64,000 nucleotides of DNA, from positions 1 through 64,000 of the forward strand of contig JANNXA010000007.1 of assembly GCA_031409275.1 (NCBI GenBank), read 5' to 3'. Source of the DNA: Planctomycetota bacterium. Its GTDB lineage: Bacteria; Planctomycetota; B15-G4; SIAN01. Positions 46,531-56,538 of this stretch are shown here, in pieces (position 1 is the stretch's first letter; the number at the start of each line of letters is the position of its first letter). The notes beneath the pieces were generated by a model that was not told the origin of the DNA, did not search any database, and saw only the letters and a list, made by a program, of their open reading frames with translations. Made by a program: the position numbers and the translations under genes.

Positions 46531-47148
46531 GTGTACTTCACTACGCGCCAGCTCACCGTGCTGAACCACCTGCACACGCAAGTGCAGGCCACTGGCGTCG
46601 CACCGACGCTCGACGAGATCGCCGCCCACTTCGGCTTCTCGAAGGTGACCGCGCTGCAGCACCTGCGGGCGCTCGAGAAGAAGGGGGCGCTGCGGCGCAC
46701 CCGCTACCAACGACGCTCGATCGAGCTGCAATGGGCACCGAGCACCGAGAAACCGCGCGACTCCAAGCTGCCGATCGCCGGGCGCCTCTCCGCTGGCGAC
46801 CGACTCGACTACGTCGCGCGCCCGGCCGACTTCGACCCGCAGGAGCTCATCCCGACCGAGCGCCATGGCCACGTCGTCAAGGTGGTCGGCGATCATCTCG
46901 CAGCCGACGGCTTCCGCGACGGCGCCCTCTTGGTCATCGAACCGCGCAGCACGCCCCGCCCCGGGGAACTCGTGCTCGCCACGCTGACCGATGGCCGCAC
47001 GGTCATCCGCCGCCTCGAAAAGGGCGCCATCGACGACGCGCTCGTGCCGCTCGCCGGCGCCGCCGCCGACCGCAGCAACGTCGTGCCGACGCGACGCGCC
47101 AAGGTTCTCGGCGTGGTGAGAGCGCAGGTCGTGCGCTACGACGTGTGA
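46531..47148 (+). CDS. lexA: LexA-like transcriptional repressor with a degenerate protease domain
   Basis: Winged helix T.RQ..VL...PTLDEIA.HFG...HLRALEKKG...RSI and LPIAGRLSAG; the catalytic motifs read GDHL and TVIRR. Confidence 0.8.
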   Translation: MYFTTRQLTVLNHLHTQVQATGVAPTLDEIAAHFGFSKVTALQHLRALEKKGALRRTRYQRRSIELQWAPSTEKPRDSKLPIAGRLSAGDRLDYVARPADFDPQELIPTERHGHVVKVVGDHLAADGFRDGALLVIEPRSTPRPGELVLATLTDGRTVIRRLEKGAIDDALVPLAGAAADRSNVVPTRRAKVLGVVRAQVVRYDV

Positions 47149-47155
47149 GCGCGGC

Positions 47156-48799
47156 TCACTCCGGAAGCTGGGTGCCATCCGGCGCGAGGCGCAGCGGCTG
47201 GTCGACGCGGTAGCGCTTCACGCGACCCTCGTAGAGGTCGATGGCGACGCGGTTCTTCACCCCCCGCACCATGGCGAGCGCCCGACGGATCGTCGCCAGC
47301 GCCGCGCTGAAGTCGCCGCACTCGGCCTGCGCGGCGGCCAGCGCGTCGAGCATCTCCGGCTCATCGTCGTTGCCGACGATGGCGTGCTGCGCGAGGCGCA
47401 ACGCCTCGGCACCGTCACGCACCTTCGCATCGACGCAGGTGGCGAGCAGCAGCGCGAGCTCCCGCTCGAGATCCACCTGCGTCGGCACGACGACGAGCGC
47501 GCGTCGCAGCGTCGTCACCGCAGCGGCCGCGGCGCCGCTCTTCCGCTGCTCGCCGGCGAGTCCGCGCATCGCCTTCGCGAACTGCGCCAGCGCTTCCTTC
47601 TCGGTCGGCCGCGCAGCGACGACCACTTCACAGGCGGCGGCGGCCTCTTCGAAACGGCCCACCTCGAGCAGCAGCGTCGCGAGCTCGCGCGACAGCTCGA
47701 CATCGTCGCCGTCGAGCGCCACGGCGGCGCGAAGATGGTCGATCGCCTCGCTCTTCTTGCCGCGGCCGTTGCGCACGCGCGCCAGCATCCGCAGGGTCGC
47801 CGCCGTCGGCGCGAGCTGCGTCGCCTCGAGCAACGATTGCTCCGCGCCAGCAGCGTCGCCGCGGCCCGACTGCAATCGTGCGAGGTTGCCCCACGCGACC
47901 GCGGACTTGCGATCGAGCGCGAGCGCCTGCGTGAGCAGCGCCTCCGCCTCGCTGCCGCGCCCCTGCTGCATGCAGGCGATCGCGGCATTCGTGTAGTCGC
48001 CGGCGGTGATCGGCGGCGCGGAGAGCGCGGCGCGCGGATCGACGGGATAGACCTTCGTCGCGTGGTCGCGCGCCACCTTCGCGAACTTCGCCGCCTCCTC
48101 CTTGCGACCCAGCCCGAAACAGGTGGCCGCGAGCGCGGAGTTCACCTCGGGATGCGTCGGGTTGAGGAACAGCGCGCGCCGCAGCGGCGCTTCAGCCGCC
48201 GCCGTCTCCCGCGACTCCAACGCCAGCTGACCCAACGCCAGCCACGCGTCGACGTTCTTCTCGTCGAGCGCGGCCGCTTTCTCGAAGCAGGCGCGCGCCT
48301 CGGCGTAACGCGCGACGTCGCGCAGCAACTTGCCGTGGCTGACATGCGCCGGCGAATAGCGGTCGTCGATGGCGAGCGCGCGCTCGACGGCGAGCAGCGA
48401 CTTCGCCACGTCGGACGTCGCCAGCAGCACCGCCTGCAAGTAGGGCCAACGGAACTCCTGCGGAGCCAACGCCTCCGCTCGCTCGAACGCGGCCGCCGCT
48501 TCGACGCGCCGATCGTGCGTCGCCAGCAACGTCGCGTAATCGACCCACGCGGCGAGGAGCTGCGGTTCGCGAACGAGCCGCGCGTACGCCGCCTCGATCG
48601 CGGTGCGCAGCGGCGCCTCAGCGACTTCGCTCAGATCGGGCTTCGCGGGCAGCGAAGTGGTCGGGAGCGCCTGCGGCTCGAGCTTCGACGGCGCGACGTC
48701 GTCGGGCGCGCACGCGTGCGACGCCAACGCCGAGAGCAGCGACGCGAGCCACGCCACCCGCCGCGACCGTGGGACGCGCGCGACGTTGCCGGCGCTCAT
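47156..48799 (-). CDS. TPR-repeat exported protein
   Basis: Many TPR helices; C-terminal LA.LLAT..D..VRDGAEA...LDALAAAQAE.GDF..A motif; ATGA overlap with the upstream gene. Confidence 0.85.
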   Translation of the reverse strand: MSAGNVARVPRSRRVAWLASLLSALASHACAPDDVAPSKLEPQALPTTSLPAKPDLSEVAEAPLRTAIEAAYARLVREPQLLAAWVDYATLLATHDRRVEAAAAFERAEALAPQEFRWPYLQAVLLATSDVAKSLLAVERALAIDDRYSPAHVSHGKLLRDVARYAEARACFEKAAALDEKNVDAWLALGQLALESRETAAAEAPLRRALFLNPTHPEVNSALAATCFGLGRKEEAAKFAKVARDHATKVYPVDPRAALSAPPITAGDYTNAAIACMQQGRGSEAEALLTQALALDRKSAVAWGNLARLQSGRGDAAGAEQSLLEATQLAPTAATLRMLARVRNGRGKKSEAIDHLRAAVALDGDDVELSRELATLLLEVGRFEEAAAACEVVVAARPTEKEALAQFAKAMRGLAGEQRKSGAAAAAVTTLRRALVVVPTQVDLERELALLLATCVDAKVRDGAEALRLAQHAIVGNDDEPEMLDALAAAQAECGDFSAALATIRRALAMVRGVKNRVAIDLYEGRVKRYRVDQPLRLAPDGTQLPE

Positions 48800-50517
48800 G
48801 GCGAGCGCCCCTCGCCCTCGACGAGCTCCACCACGCGATCGGCGGCACCACCTTCGAACCGCTCCTTGCGGCCGCTCGGCCACAGGACCTCGATCGAGTC
48901 GAAGCGTGCGGCATCGGCGAGACCGAAGTGGGCGCGCGGGTCGCTGCTGCTGACGTAGCTGAAAGCGGCGAGGCAGAGGCGCCGCAGCGTGCGGCCACCG
49001 GCGGTGACGCGCACATCGGCGCCGAGCGCGTCGCGCTTGCCGGTGCGCGCGCGCACCAGCAGCCAGTGGCCCGCGCGCGGCACGTCGTTGCGATAGAGGC
49101 GCAGCGGGCCGAGCACTTGCGACGTGGCGAGGTCGAGGTCGCCATCGCCGTCGAGGTCGCCGATCGCGAGGCCGCGCGTGATCTCGGCGCGCGCCACGAA
49201 GTCGCCGCCATCGGCAACCTCGGCGCGCGTGAAGCCCCCTTTGCCGTCGTTCCAGAACAGGAAGTTCGGCTCGGCGAACGGATTCCAGAACGGCGCGAGG
49301 TGCGCGTTCGGCTTCACGGTCGAGCGACGCACGCGGCCATTCACGATGGCGAGGTCGACGTCGCCATCGAGCTCGACGTCGAGGAACGCGCAACCGAAAC
49401 CAGTCGCGCCGAGATCGTGGCGGCTCATGCCCGCGCGCGCCGTGACGTCGAGGAAACCGTGCGCCGCATCGCCGGTGTAGAGGGTGTTGTTCTCCTCCTC
49501 GATGTTGGTGACGAAGAGATCGAGTGCGCCATCGCCGTCCGCATCGCCGATGCCGACGCCCATGCTCCCTTCGGGCTTGCCGAAGCGATTCACCGCCGCG
49601 CCGCGTTCGAGCCCGTCCTCGACGAAGCGGCCGTCGCCGCGATTCACCCACAGGTGATTGGCCCCGGCATCGTTGGCCACGTAGACGTCAGGCCAGCCGT
49701 CTCCGGTGAAGTCGGCGCACGTCACGCCAAGGCCGGCGCCGCGCGCGTTGATCCCGGCACCGACCGAGTCATCGACGAAGCGGCCACCGCCCTGGTTGCG
49801 CCACAGCGTGTCGACGGTCGGCGTGAAGGAGAGCGGCCCGCAATATTCGCGCGCGCTGTCCTGACGGCGGCAGACCACCGACTCCTGGAACGCGACGTAG
49901 TGCGACGCGAAGAGGTCGAGGTCCCCATCGCGATCGGCGTCGAAGAAGGCGACCGCGCAGGTCCATCCATCGGCCGCGCCGAAGCCGGCCGCCGCGGTGT
50001 CGTCGATGAAGGTGCCGTCGCCCTGATTGCGGAAAAAGGTGTCGTGACCGTAGTTCGCGCAGTACACATCGACGTCGCCGTCGTCATCGACGTCGCCCAC
50101 CGCGACGCCCATCCCGTAGCCGGGATCGTGCAGCCCGGAGGTTGCGGAGGCATCGACGTAGCGGCCGTCCGCCTGCCGTTGCCACAGGCGATCGGGAGCT
50201 GGCTCGCTCGCGTTGCCGGGCGGCGGGCAGCGGCGCTCCAGCACGTCGAGATCACCATCGCCGTCGTAGTCGAGCAGCGCGACGCCCGGCCCCATGATCT
50301 CGGTCAGCGCGTAGGTGCCATCGGGCATCGCGCCGAACTCAGCGGGCAATCCAGAAACCGCGGTGATGTCGGTGAAGGCGGGCGCAACGGCAGGTGAGCC
50401 GCCGGGCGTGTTCGCGAGCGGCACGGCCGGGGGTTTCGCGTCCGGGGATCGGTCGTCCGGCCCGCAACCCAACGGCAGCAGCGACGCGAGGCAGAGCAGC
50501 GCGACGCGCGGCGTCAC
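48796..50517 (-). CDS. CRTAC1-family FG-GAP/ASPIC-UnbV lipoprotein
   Basis: EIMGPGVALLDYDGDGDLD, repeated DxDxDG loops, SYVSSSDPRAHFGL and LWPSG; lipobox LPLGC. Start uncertain. Confidence 0.87.
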   Translation of the reverse strand: MTPRVALLCLASLLPLGCGPDDRSPDAKPPAVPLANTPGGSPAVAPAFTDITAVSGLPAEFGAMPDGTYALTEIMGPGVALLDYDGDGDLDVLERRCPPPGNASEPAPDRLWQRQADGRYVDASATSGLHDPGYGMGVAVGDVDDDGDVDVYCANYGHDTFFRNQGDGTFIDDTAAAGFGAADGWTCAVAFFDADRDGDLDLFASHYVAFQESVVCRRQDSAREYCGPLSFTPTVDTLWRNQGGGRFVDDSVGAGINARGAGLGVTCADFTGDGWPDVYVANDAGANHLWVNRGDGRFVEDGLERGAAVNRFGKPEGSMGVGIGDADGDGALDLFVTNIEEENNTLYTGDAAHGFLDVTARAGMSRHDLGATGFGCAFLDVELDGDVDLAIVNGRVRRSTVKPNAHLAPFWNPFAEPNFLFWNDGKGGFTRAEVADGGDFVARAEITRGLAIGDLDGDGDLDLATSQVLGPLRLYRNDVPRAGHWLLVRARTGKRDALGADVRVTAGGRTLRRLCLAAFSYVSSSDPRAHFGLADAARFDSIEVLWPSGRKERFEGGAADRVVELVEGEGRSP

Positions 50518-50677
50518 GCGCCGCGCTCCATCGTCGACACCCGTTGCAAGGGACGCTCCGCAGCACCGCGCATCCGAGCCGGCTCCTTTCACGATCGGGA
50601 AGTCGGCGGATGGTACGGCGCCCGGGAAGAGCCGCAAGCGATGGCGTACCGAATGCGCGACCCGCTGCACCGACGGA

Positions 50678-52054
50678 TCACGCGTCGTCGATCAGCTCGA
50701 ACACTCGATCGAGGCAGGCGTCGCGTCCGACGGCGACATCGTCCGGCGCGAAGACCGGCACGTCGTGATCGGGCGGCACGCCGCGCGCTTCGAAGTGCTC
50801 GCCTGCTTCGGTGAAGAAGATCTCGTTGGGCAGCCCGAAGCTCCAGCCATTTGGGAGCTGGCGGGTGAGGACGTCGGAGTAGACCCCTTGCGTGCTCTCG
50901 CCGATGCGCACGACGGCGGGGGTGCGACCGAGCAGCGCCATGGTGAACGTCTCGGCGGCGCTGACGCTGTCAGGTCCGGTGAGCAGGAAGACGCGGCCGA
51001 GGAAGCGTCGGCGCGACGAAGGGACCACCCGCGTCGACTGCGGCTCGGTGAGGCCATCGGCTCGCGTAGGGTCGTTGCGCGCGCGCTTCACGAAGGCGAC
51101 GTACTCGCGGTCGGTGAGGCGCGACGCGATCGCGACGCCGAGCCGGTCCGAACCGCCGTCATTGAGGCGCACGTCGATGACCGCCGCCTCGCACCCGGCC
51201 CACTCCTCCATCGCGCGGTCGAGCGTCGTTTCGAGCGCCTCGAGCGTCTTTCGGAATCCCGGCAGCGGCGAGTAGCCGCCGAAGCCGTCGATGCGCAGGT
51301 AGCCCGTCCGCGCGTCGAGCCGTCCGTGCTTCACGCGACCGTTGCATCCCACGGTCAGCTTGCCTTGCACGTAGTGGTCGTCGATCACCGCCTGCACCCC
51401 CGGCCGCTGCTGGCGCGTGAGCGGCTGCGCGACGACCTTCGCGCCGCCGAACCCAGCGCGCAGATCGGGCGCCTCCAGCGACGTGTGCGCATCGTGGAGC
51501 GGCTCGATCAACCCGCGCAGGATCGCGAACAGCTCGCGCGGCGGGGTCGTCGCGTTGATGCGCGGACGCGCCGCGGCGCAGGCAGCCTCCCAATCGACGC
51601 CACGCAACGCGAAGAAGGGGTAGTGAGTCGCGAAGGTCTCGCGGAACACCTCGAAGGTCGTGATCGGGTCGGCTGGCGTCGGTCGCGTGACCGGAACGGG
51701 GACGTCGGCGATGCGGCTGAAGTGGATCGAGGAGGCGGTGCCCGGCAGCCGCAGCGCAAAACGCTCGACGGCCGTGGCGCCCGCGGTCGGCGCCAGCGCT
51801 TCGAGCTCCACCGTCAGGTCCGCGACGAGGAACTGCGCCGTCGCCTCGACCCGCGCGACACGCCGCTGCCCGATCGCGCTGATCGACGTGACCTCGTACA
51901 GCACCAGCTCATTCGCATCGATCCGCGCGCAGTAGCCGTAACCGTCCGAAAGCCAGTCGCCGACGAAAGGCGGCTGCTGCGCCTCCGCATGCCCCAAGAT
52001 CGATGCGAGGGCGAGCGTCGTCGCGGCAGCGAACGCGACGCGCACAGCGGTCAC
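50678..52054 (-). CDS. S41 family peptidase, exported
   Basis: HYPFF.LRGVDW, L.DAHT, GYLRI, IDVRLNDGG, SAAETF and GVPPD motifs. Confidence 0.88.
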   Translation of the reverse strand: MTAVRVAFAAATTLALASILGHAEAQQPPFVGDWLSDGYGYCARIDANELVLYEVTSISAIGQRRVARVEATAQFLVADLTVELEALAPTAGATAVERFALRLPGTASSIHFSRIADVPVPVTRPTPADPITTFEVFRETFATHYPFFALRGVDWEAACAAARPRINATTPPRELFAILRGLIEPLHDAHTSLEAPDLRAGFGGAKVVAQPLTRQQRPGVQAVIDDHYVQGKLTVGCNGRVKHGRLDARTGYLRIDGFGGYSPLPGFRKTLEALETTLDRAMEEWAGCEAAVIDVRLNDGGSDRLGVAIASRLTDREYVAFVKRARNDPTRADGLTEPQSTRVVPSSRRRFLGRVFLLTGPDSVSAAETFTMALLGRTPAVVRIGESTQGVYSDVLTRQLPNGWSFGLPNEIFFTEAGEHFEARGVPPDHDVPVFAPDDVAVGRDACLDRVFELIDDA

Positions 52055-52509
52055 AGGAACTCGACTTCGTTCTCGCGCAAGGAGCGTTCGCAGAAGTAGC
52101 AGCGCAGCTTGAGCGGCTCCTTGCCGATGACGAGGAAGCGGCCGGTGACGCGCGGGTCCTGCGTGACGCAGGCGGGGTTGACGCAGCGGATCAGCCCTTC
52201 GACGGTGTCGGGCAGCGTCGGGCGGAACTTCTTCACCACCACGAAGTCGCGAATGATGCTGAAGGTCGCCTGCGGCGAGAGGAGCGCGACCTTGTTCATC
52301 TCGTCGTCGGTGAGCTCGCGCCCTTCGATCTTCAGGATGTCCTTCTTGCCGAGCTTCGCGCTGTCGAGGTTGACGCCGATCAGGACGGTGGCATCGGCGG
52401 CAACACCGAGGATCTTCAGCGCCTTGAAGGCCGTGCTCGGACCGAGGTGATCGATCACCGTGCCGGAGCGCACCGCGCTGACCTGCATCTTGGCGTTGGC
52501 CGGTTTCAC
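52051..52509 (-). CDS. pyrI: Aspartate carbamoyltransferase regulatory subunit
   Basis: GTVIDH, KKDILKIE and Zn ligands C.NP.C...C.FCE; directly after pyrB. Start uncertain. Confidence 0.93.
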   Translation of the reverse strand: MKPANAKMQVSAVRSGTVIDHLGPSTAFKALKILGVAADATVLIGVNLDSAKLGKKDILKIEGRELTDDEMNKVALLSPQATFSIIRDFVVVKKFRPTLPDTVEGLIRCVNPACVTQDPRVTGRFLVIGKEPLKLRCYFCERSLRENEVEFL

Positions 52510-52573
52510 TTCGGCGGCTCCTGGGCTCGACTCATCTGCCTTCGCCCTCTTCGGCGCGCTGCCCCGTCCCATC

Positions 52574-53494
52574 TCAAGCCGCTCCGAGGCACAGCGCCAG
52601 CAGCGCCTGGCGAACGATGACGCCGTTGTGCGCCTGGTCGAACCAGGCTGCCCCGGGATGGGCGTCGAGCGCGGCGTGGATCTCGTTCACCCGCGGCAGG
52701 GGATGCATCAGCGTGAGCTTGTCGCCGAAGCGCGCGACGTTGCCCGGGTTCACCTGATAGGTGTTGCGGACGCGTTCGTACTCGACGGCGTCGACGAAGC
52801 GCTCCTTCTGGATGCGCGTGAGGTAGAGCACCTCGACATCCGCCGGGATCGCGGCGAGCTCCTCGACGACGTGATGCTCGGTGCCCGTCTCGCGCAGGTC
52901 CTCGAGGAAGTCCTCGGGCAGGCGCAGCGAGGGCGGCGACACCAGCCACAACTTCGCGTCGAACCACGACAGGCTGCGGATCAACGAGTGGACCGTGCGA
53001 CCGTACTTGAGGTCGCCGACGAAGGCGACCTTCAGCCCCTCGATGCGGCCGGTGCGCTGCTTCAGCGTGTAGAGGTCGAGCAGCGTCTGCGTCGGATGCT
53101 GGTTGCTCCCGTCGCCGCCATTGATGACCGGCAGTCGCGTCGCTTCGGCGGCGAGGCGCGCCGATCCTTCGGCGGGATGGCGGATCACCATGATGTCGCA
53201 GTAGCCCTCGGCCACGCGGATGGTGTCCCACAGCGACTCGCCCTTGCTGATCGACGTGCTGAGCGAATCCGCGAATCCGATGGTCGCGCCGCCCAGCCGC
53301 TTCATCGCCGCGTCGAACGAGAGGCGCGTGCGCGTCGAGGGCTCGAAGAAGAGATTGGCGAGGACCTTGCCCTGCAGCAGCGGCTCGCGGTTCTTCTCGA
53401 ACCAGCGGCAGCGCTCGAGGATCGCGCGGATCTCGGCGGCACCGAAGTCGCGCATGGAGATCACGTCGCGGCCCAGCAGCGGGTTCTTCTTCAT
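52574..53494 (-). CDS. pyrB: Aspartate carbamoyltransferase catalytic subunit
   Basis: FFEPSTRT, KGESL, NGGDG..QHPTQ, GDLKYGRT, RIQKER and MHPLP motifs. Confidence 0.97.
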   Translation of the reverse strand: MKKNPLLGRDVISMRDFGAAEIRAILERCRWFEKNREPLLQGKVLANLFFEPSTRTRLSFDAAMKRLGGATIGFADSLSTSISKGESLWDTIRVAEGYCDIMVIRHPAEGSARLAAEATRLPVINGGDGSNQHPTQTLLDLYTLKQRTGRIEGLKVAFVGDLKYGRTVHSLIRSLSWFDAKLWLVSPPSLRLPEDFLEDLRETGTEHHVVEELAAIPADVEVLYLTRIQKERFVDAVEYERVRNTYQVNPGNVARFGDKLTLMHPLPRVNEIHAALDAHPGAAWFDQAHNGVIVRQALLALCLGAA

Positions 53495-53537
53495 GTCGAG
53501 CGGAGGCTCCGGCGCGGCACGCGGGTCGGCGCGGAGA

Positions 53538-55349
53538 TTAGCGCGCGGCCGCGGAGGGCGCTGCGACAGCGGCAGCCGGCGGGAGGCGCGGGGCGAAGAG
53601 CGAGAGGAGCCAGCCGACCCCCATCACCACCGCGAAGCCGATCAGGTTGAACCACATGAACTCGATCTTGAGCGGCTGCTCGATGCGAAAGAGCTGCGTC
53701 TGCAGCTCGGGATTCGTGACGAGATGCTGCACCGCCAACACGACGAGCAGCCCGCTCGCCAGGCTGATCGCGCCGACGTTCCCGCGGGCGCGCGTCACGA
53801 GGCGACCGAGGATGAAGACGCCGAACATGCTGCCGTAGACGACGGAACCGATGCGGTTCACCTGCTCGATGATCGGGCGGTCGCCGATGAAGAAGGCCGC
53901 GCCAGTGCCGAGCAGCCCCCAGAAGACGGTGGCCCAGCGCGTCGAGCGGACCAGCTCGCTCGCCTCCATCGGGCGGCGGCGCAACAACGCCACCACGTCG
54001 ACCACCGACGAAGTGGCGAGCGAGTTGATGGGCGCGACCACGCTCGACATCGCCGCCGCGAAGATCGCGGCCAGCACGAGGCCGGCCAGGCCGATCGGCA
54101 TCTCGTGCACGAGGAAGTGCGTGAAGGCGAAGTCCTGGTCGTTCTTCTTCGGCTGCGGCAGCCCCGCCTCGGCGACCAGCGCCTGGCCGGCGCTCCGCAG
54201 CTTCGCCAGTTCCGCCTCCTCGGCGCGCAACGCGACGGCGCGCGCGGAGAGCGCCGCGGCGTCCGCGTCGGCGCGCTCGGCGGCAAGCAGCTCGCCGGCG
54301 CGGGCACGCCGCTGCTCCACGCGAGCGGCGTAGTCGGTGCGCAGCACGGCGAAGCGCTCGCGCAACGCCGCCGCTTCAGGATCGGTGCGCCGTTCGAGCG
54401 CCTTCGCGAGCTCCTCCTCGCGAAAGAAGGCGGGCGCGGGACGGTAGGTGAAGTAGCCCCAGATCGAGACACCGAGCAGCAGGATCACGAACTGCATCGG
54501 CACCTTCGCGAAGGCCGACATCAACAGGCTCTTCTTGCTCTGCTCGACCGAGCTGCCGGCGAGGTAGCGCTGCACCTGCTCCTGGTCGGCGCCGAAGTAG
54601 CCGAGGAAGAGGAAGAAGCCGCCGAGCAGGCCGGAGAAGAGGTTGTAGGGATCGGACAACGCCTCGCGCGCGTCGGCCGGCAGGTGGAAGGTATCGAGCT
54701 TGCCGGCCGCGCCGGCGAGCTGCAGCAGGCCGCTGACGCCGACGTCATCCGGCAGCCGCCACCAGGCGACGCCGAGGCACGCGAAGATCCCGGCGAACAT
54801 CACCAACATCTGCTTGGCGTCGGTGGTGATGACGGCGGTCGCGCCGCCGACCGTGGTGTAGAGCGTGCAGAGCAGCCCCATCACGGTGATGCTGAGCCAC
54901 TGCGGGATGCCGACACCGATCGAGAGCACGATGCTCGGCGCATAGAGCACGGCACCGACCGCGAGCGCACGCGAGAAGAGGAACACGAGGCTGGCCAGCA
55001 CGCGTGTCGAGCGATCGAAGCGCGTCTCGAGCCATTGGTAGGCGGTGTAGATGCCCGCGCGATGGAACCACGGCACGACCGTCGAGCAGAGCACGACCAT
55101 GGCGAACGGGATCGCCAGGTAGAAGTGGAGGAACTTCATCCCGGTCGCGAAGCCCTGGCCGGTGGTGGAGATCAGCGTGATGGCGCTGGCTTGCGTCGCC
55201 ATCACCGACAGGCCCATCGCCCACCAGCGCATGCGCCGCCCGGCCAGCAGGTAGTCCTTGGCGTTCTTCACTTCGCCGCCGCGACGCACCCCGTCCCACA
55301 CGATGTAGACGAGGAACGCGACCAGCACGAGCAGATCGAACGTGCGCAT
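53538..55349 (-). CDS. Sodium:solute symporter family protein
   Basis: YLLAGR.M.WW..GLSVMATQASA, YT..GG, DQ..VQRY and AAAMSS motifs; about 13 TM segments. Confidence 0.92.
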   Translation of the reverse strand: MRTFDLLVLVAFLVYIVWDGVRRGGEVKNAKDYLLAGRRMRWWAMGLSVMATQASAITLISTTGQGFATGMKFLHFYLAIPFAMVVLCSTVVPWFHRAGIYTAYQWLETRFDRSTRVLASLVFLFSRALAVGAVLYAPSIVLSIGVGIPQWLSITVMGLLCTLYTTVGGATAVITTDAKQMLVMFAGIFACLGVAWWRLPDDVGVSGLLQLAGAAGKLDTFHLPADAREALSDPYNLFSGLLGGFFLFLGYFGADQEQVQRYLAGSSVEQSKKSLLMSAFAKVPMQFVILLLGVSIWGYFTYRPAPAFFREEELAKALERRTDPEAAALRERFAVLRTDYAARVEQRRARAGELLAAERADADAAALSARAVALRAEEAELAKLRSAGQALVAEAGLPQPKKNDQDFAFTHFLVHEMPIGLAGLVLAAIFAAAMSSVVAPINSLATSSVVDVVALLRRRPMEASELVRSTRWATVFWGLLGTGAAFFIGDRPIIEQVNRIGSVVYGSMFGVFILGRLVTRARGNVGAISLASGLLVVLAVQHLVTNPELQTQLFRIEQPLKIEFMWFNLIGFAVVMGVGWLLSLFAPRLPPAAAVAAPSAAAR

Positions 55350-55516
55350 CAGTAGCGGTAGCTCCGCTCGAACCACCAGAGCAGCACGAGGGTCAGCACG
55401 CCCCAGACGAGCGCGCGCACCATGAGGTGACGACCGCGTGATTCGCCGGCCACCTCTTCGACCGCTTCCGCGGCCTCGTCGCGGGAGTCGCGTCCCGCCT
55501 GCTGCGAATCGTCCAT
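55349..55516 (-). CDS. 55-aa single-TM protein coupled to the symporter (not in the ORF track)
   Basis: GGAGGAG RBS; MDDSQQAGRDSRDEAAEAVEEVAGESRGRHLMVRALVWGVLTLVLLWWFERSYRY*; TGATG stop/start overlap. Confidence 0.75.
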   Translation of the reverse strand: MDDSQQAGRDSRDEAAEAVEEVAGESRGRHLMVRALVWGVLTLVLLWWFERSYRY

Positions 55517-55609
55517 CCCCGGCTCCTCCGAGGATCACGAGTTAGCAGGGCGCATCGTGCCGTGCGAGACCCATTTCCGTCGCGGCCCGAGCGCTCGACG
55601 ATCGAGCGC

Positions 55610-56284
55610 TCAGCGGGCCAATGCCTCGGCTTGCGCTTCGGCCACCTGCATCCGCGCATCGACCTCAGCGCACAGCTGCGCCAGCCGCTCGTCGCTCGCG
55701 CCCGCCTCGACCTGCAACGCGGGAGCGGCGACGATCGCCACCCGCGCGAAGGGCGCCGGCAGGACGAATCCGTCCCAGCTCGAGAGCCGCTTGCACGGCC
55801 GCGCGACGAGCACGAGCGGGACGACCGGCCACCCAAGCCGTCCGGCGAGATAGAGCGCGCCGGGCTTGGTGCGACTCGGCGGCCCTTTGGGTCCGTCGGG
55901 CGTCAGCGCGAGGTCGCCGACGTCGCGCTTGGCGAAGTCGAGCATCGAGAGCAGCAGTCTCGCCGCGCCGCGCGTGCTCGAGCCGCGAGCAGTCTTGAAA
56001 CCGAGCCGCTCGGCGATGCGCGCGCCGATCTCGCCGTCGCCGTGCTGCGACACGCCGATGCAGACGCCGGAGCCACGGAAGACGTAGCTCGCCAGCAGGA
56101 CCGAGCGATGCCACAGGAGGTAGACGCAACGCGTCGTCCGCTGCGTGCGACACGGATCGAACTCGGGAGGCACTTGCGAGCGGACGCGCCACGTGGCGCC
56201 CCACGCACGCACCATCGCCGCGCCGAGCGGCGGCAACCACCGAGGAAGGGGCTTTGACGTCGCGCCCGCCGCCGCTCGATTCAC
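55610..56284 (-). CDS. DUF374 / lysophospholipid acyltransferase-like protein
   Basis: LWH, SQHGDGE, RGSSTRG, TPDGPKGP and SWD.F.LP.PF motifs. Confidence 0.88.
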   Translation of the reverse strand: MNRAAAGATSKPLPRWLPPLGAAMVRAWGATWRVRSQVPPEFDPCRTQRTTRCVYLLWHRSVLLASYVFRGSGVCIGVSQHGDGEIGARIAERLGFKTARGSSTRGAARLLLSMLDFAKRDVGDLALTPDGPKGPPSRTKPGALYLAGRLGWPVVPLVLVARPCKRLSSWDGFVLPAPFARVAIVAAPALQVEAGASDERLAQLCAEVDARMQVAEAQAEALAR

Positions 56285-56517
56285 TGCGGGTTCATCCGGT
56301 CGAAGTCACGCACGGCAAACCAGCAGAGGAGCGCCCCGCCAAGCGCGATGGCGAACCATGGCAGCGCCTGGAAGAGCGCGAAAACGATGACTCCGAAGCC
56401 GAGCAGCAACGTCACGCGCTGGCCCAAGGTGCCGGCGCCCATGACCGCCAGGACTCGCCCGAGCGACATCGCGCTGAGCGAGCTCTTCCACTTTCCGAAG
56501 CCGGAGAAGAATCCCAT
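56281..56517 (-). CDS. Small hypothetical membrane protein (about 78 aa)
   Basis: Hydrophobic segments; stop overlaps the DUF374 start (GTGA). Confidence 0.6.
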   Translation of the reverse strand: MGFFSGFGKWKSSLSAMSLGRVLAVMGAGTLGQRVTLLLGFGVIVFALFQALPWFAIALGGALLCWFAVRDFDRMNPQ

Positions 56518-56538
56518 GAGCACACGACGCCAAGCCTG

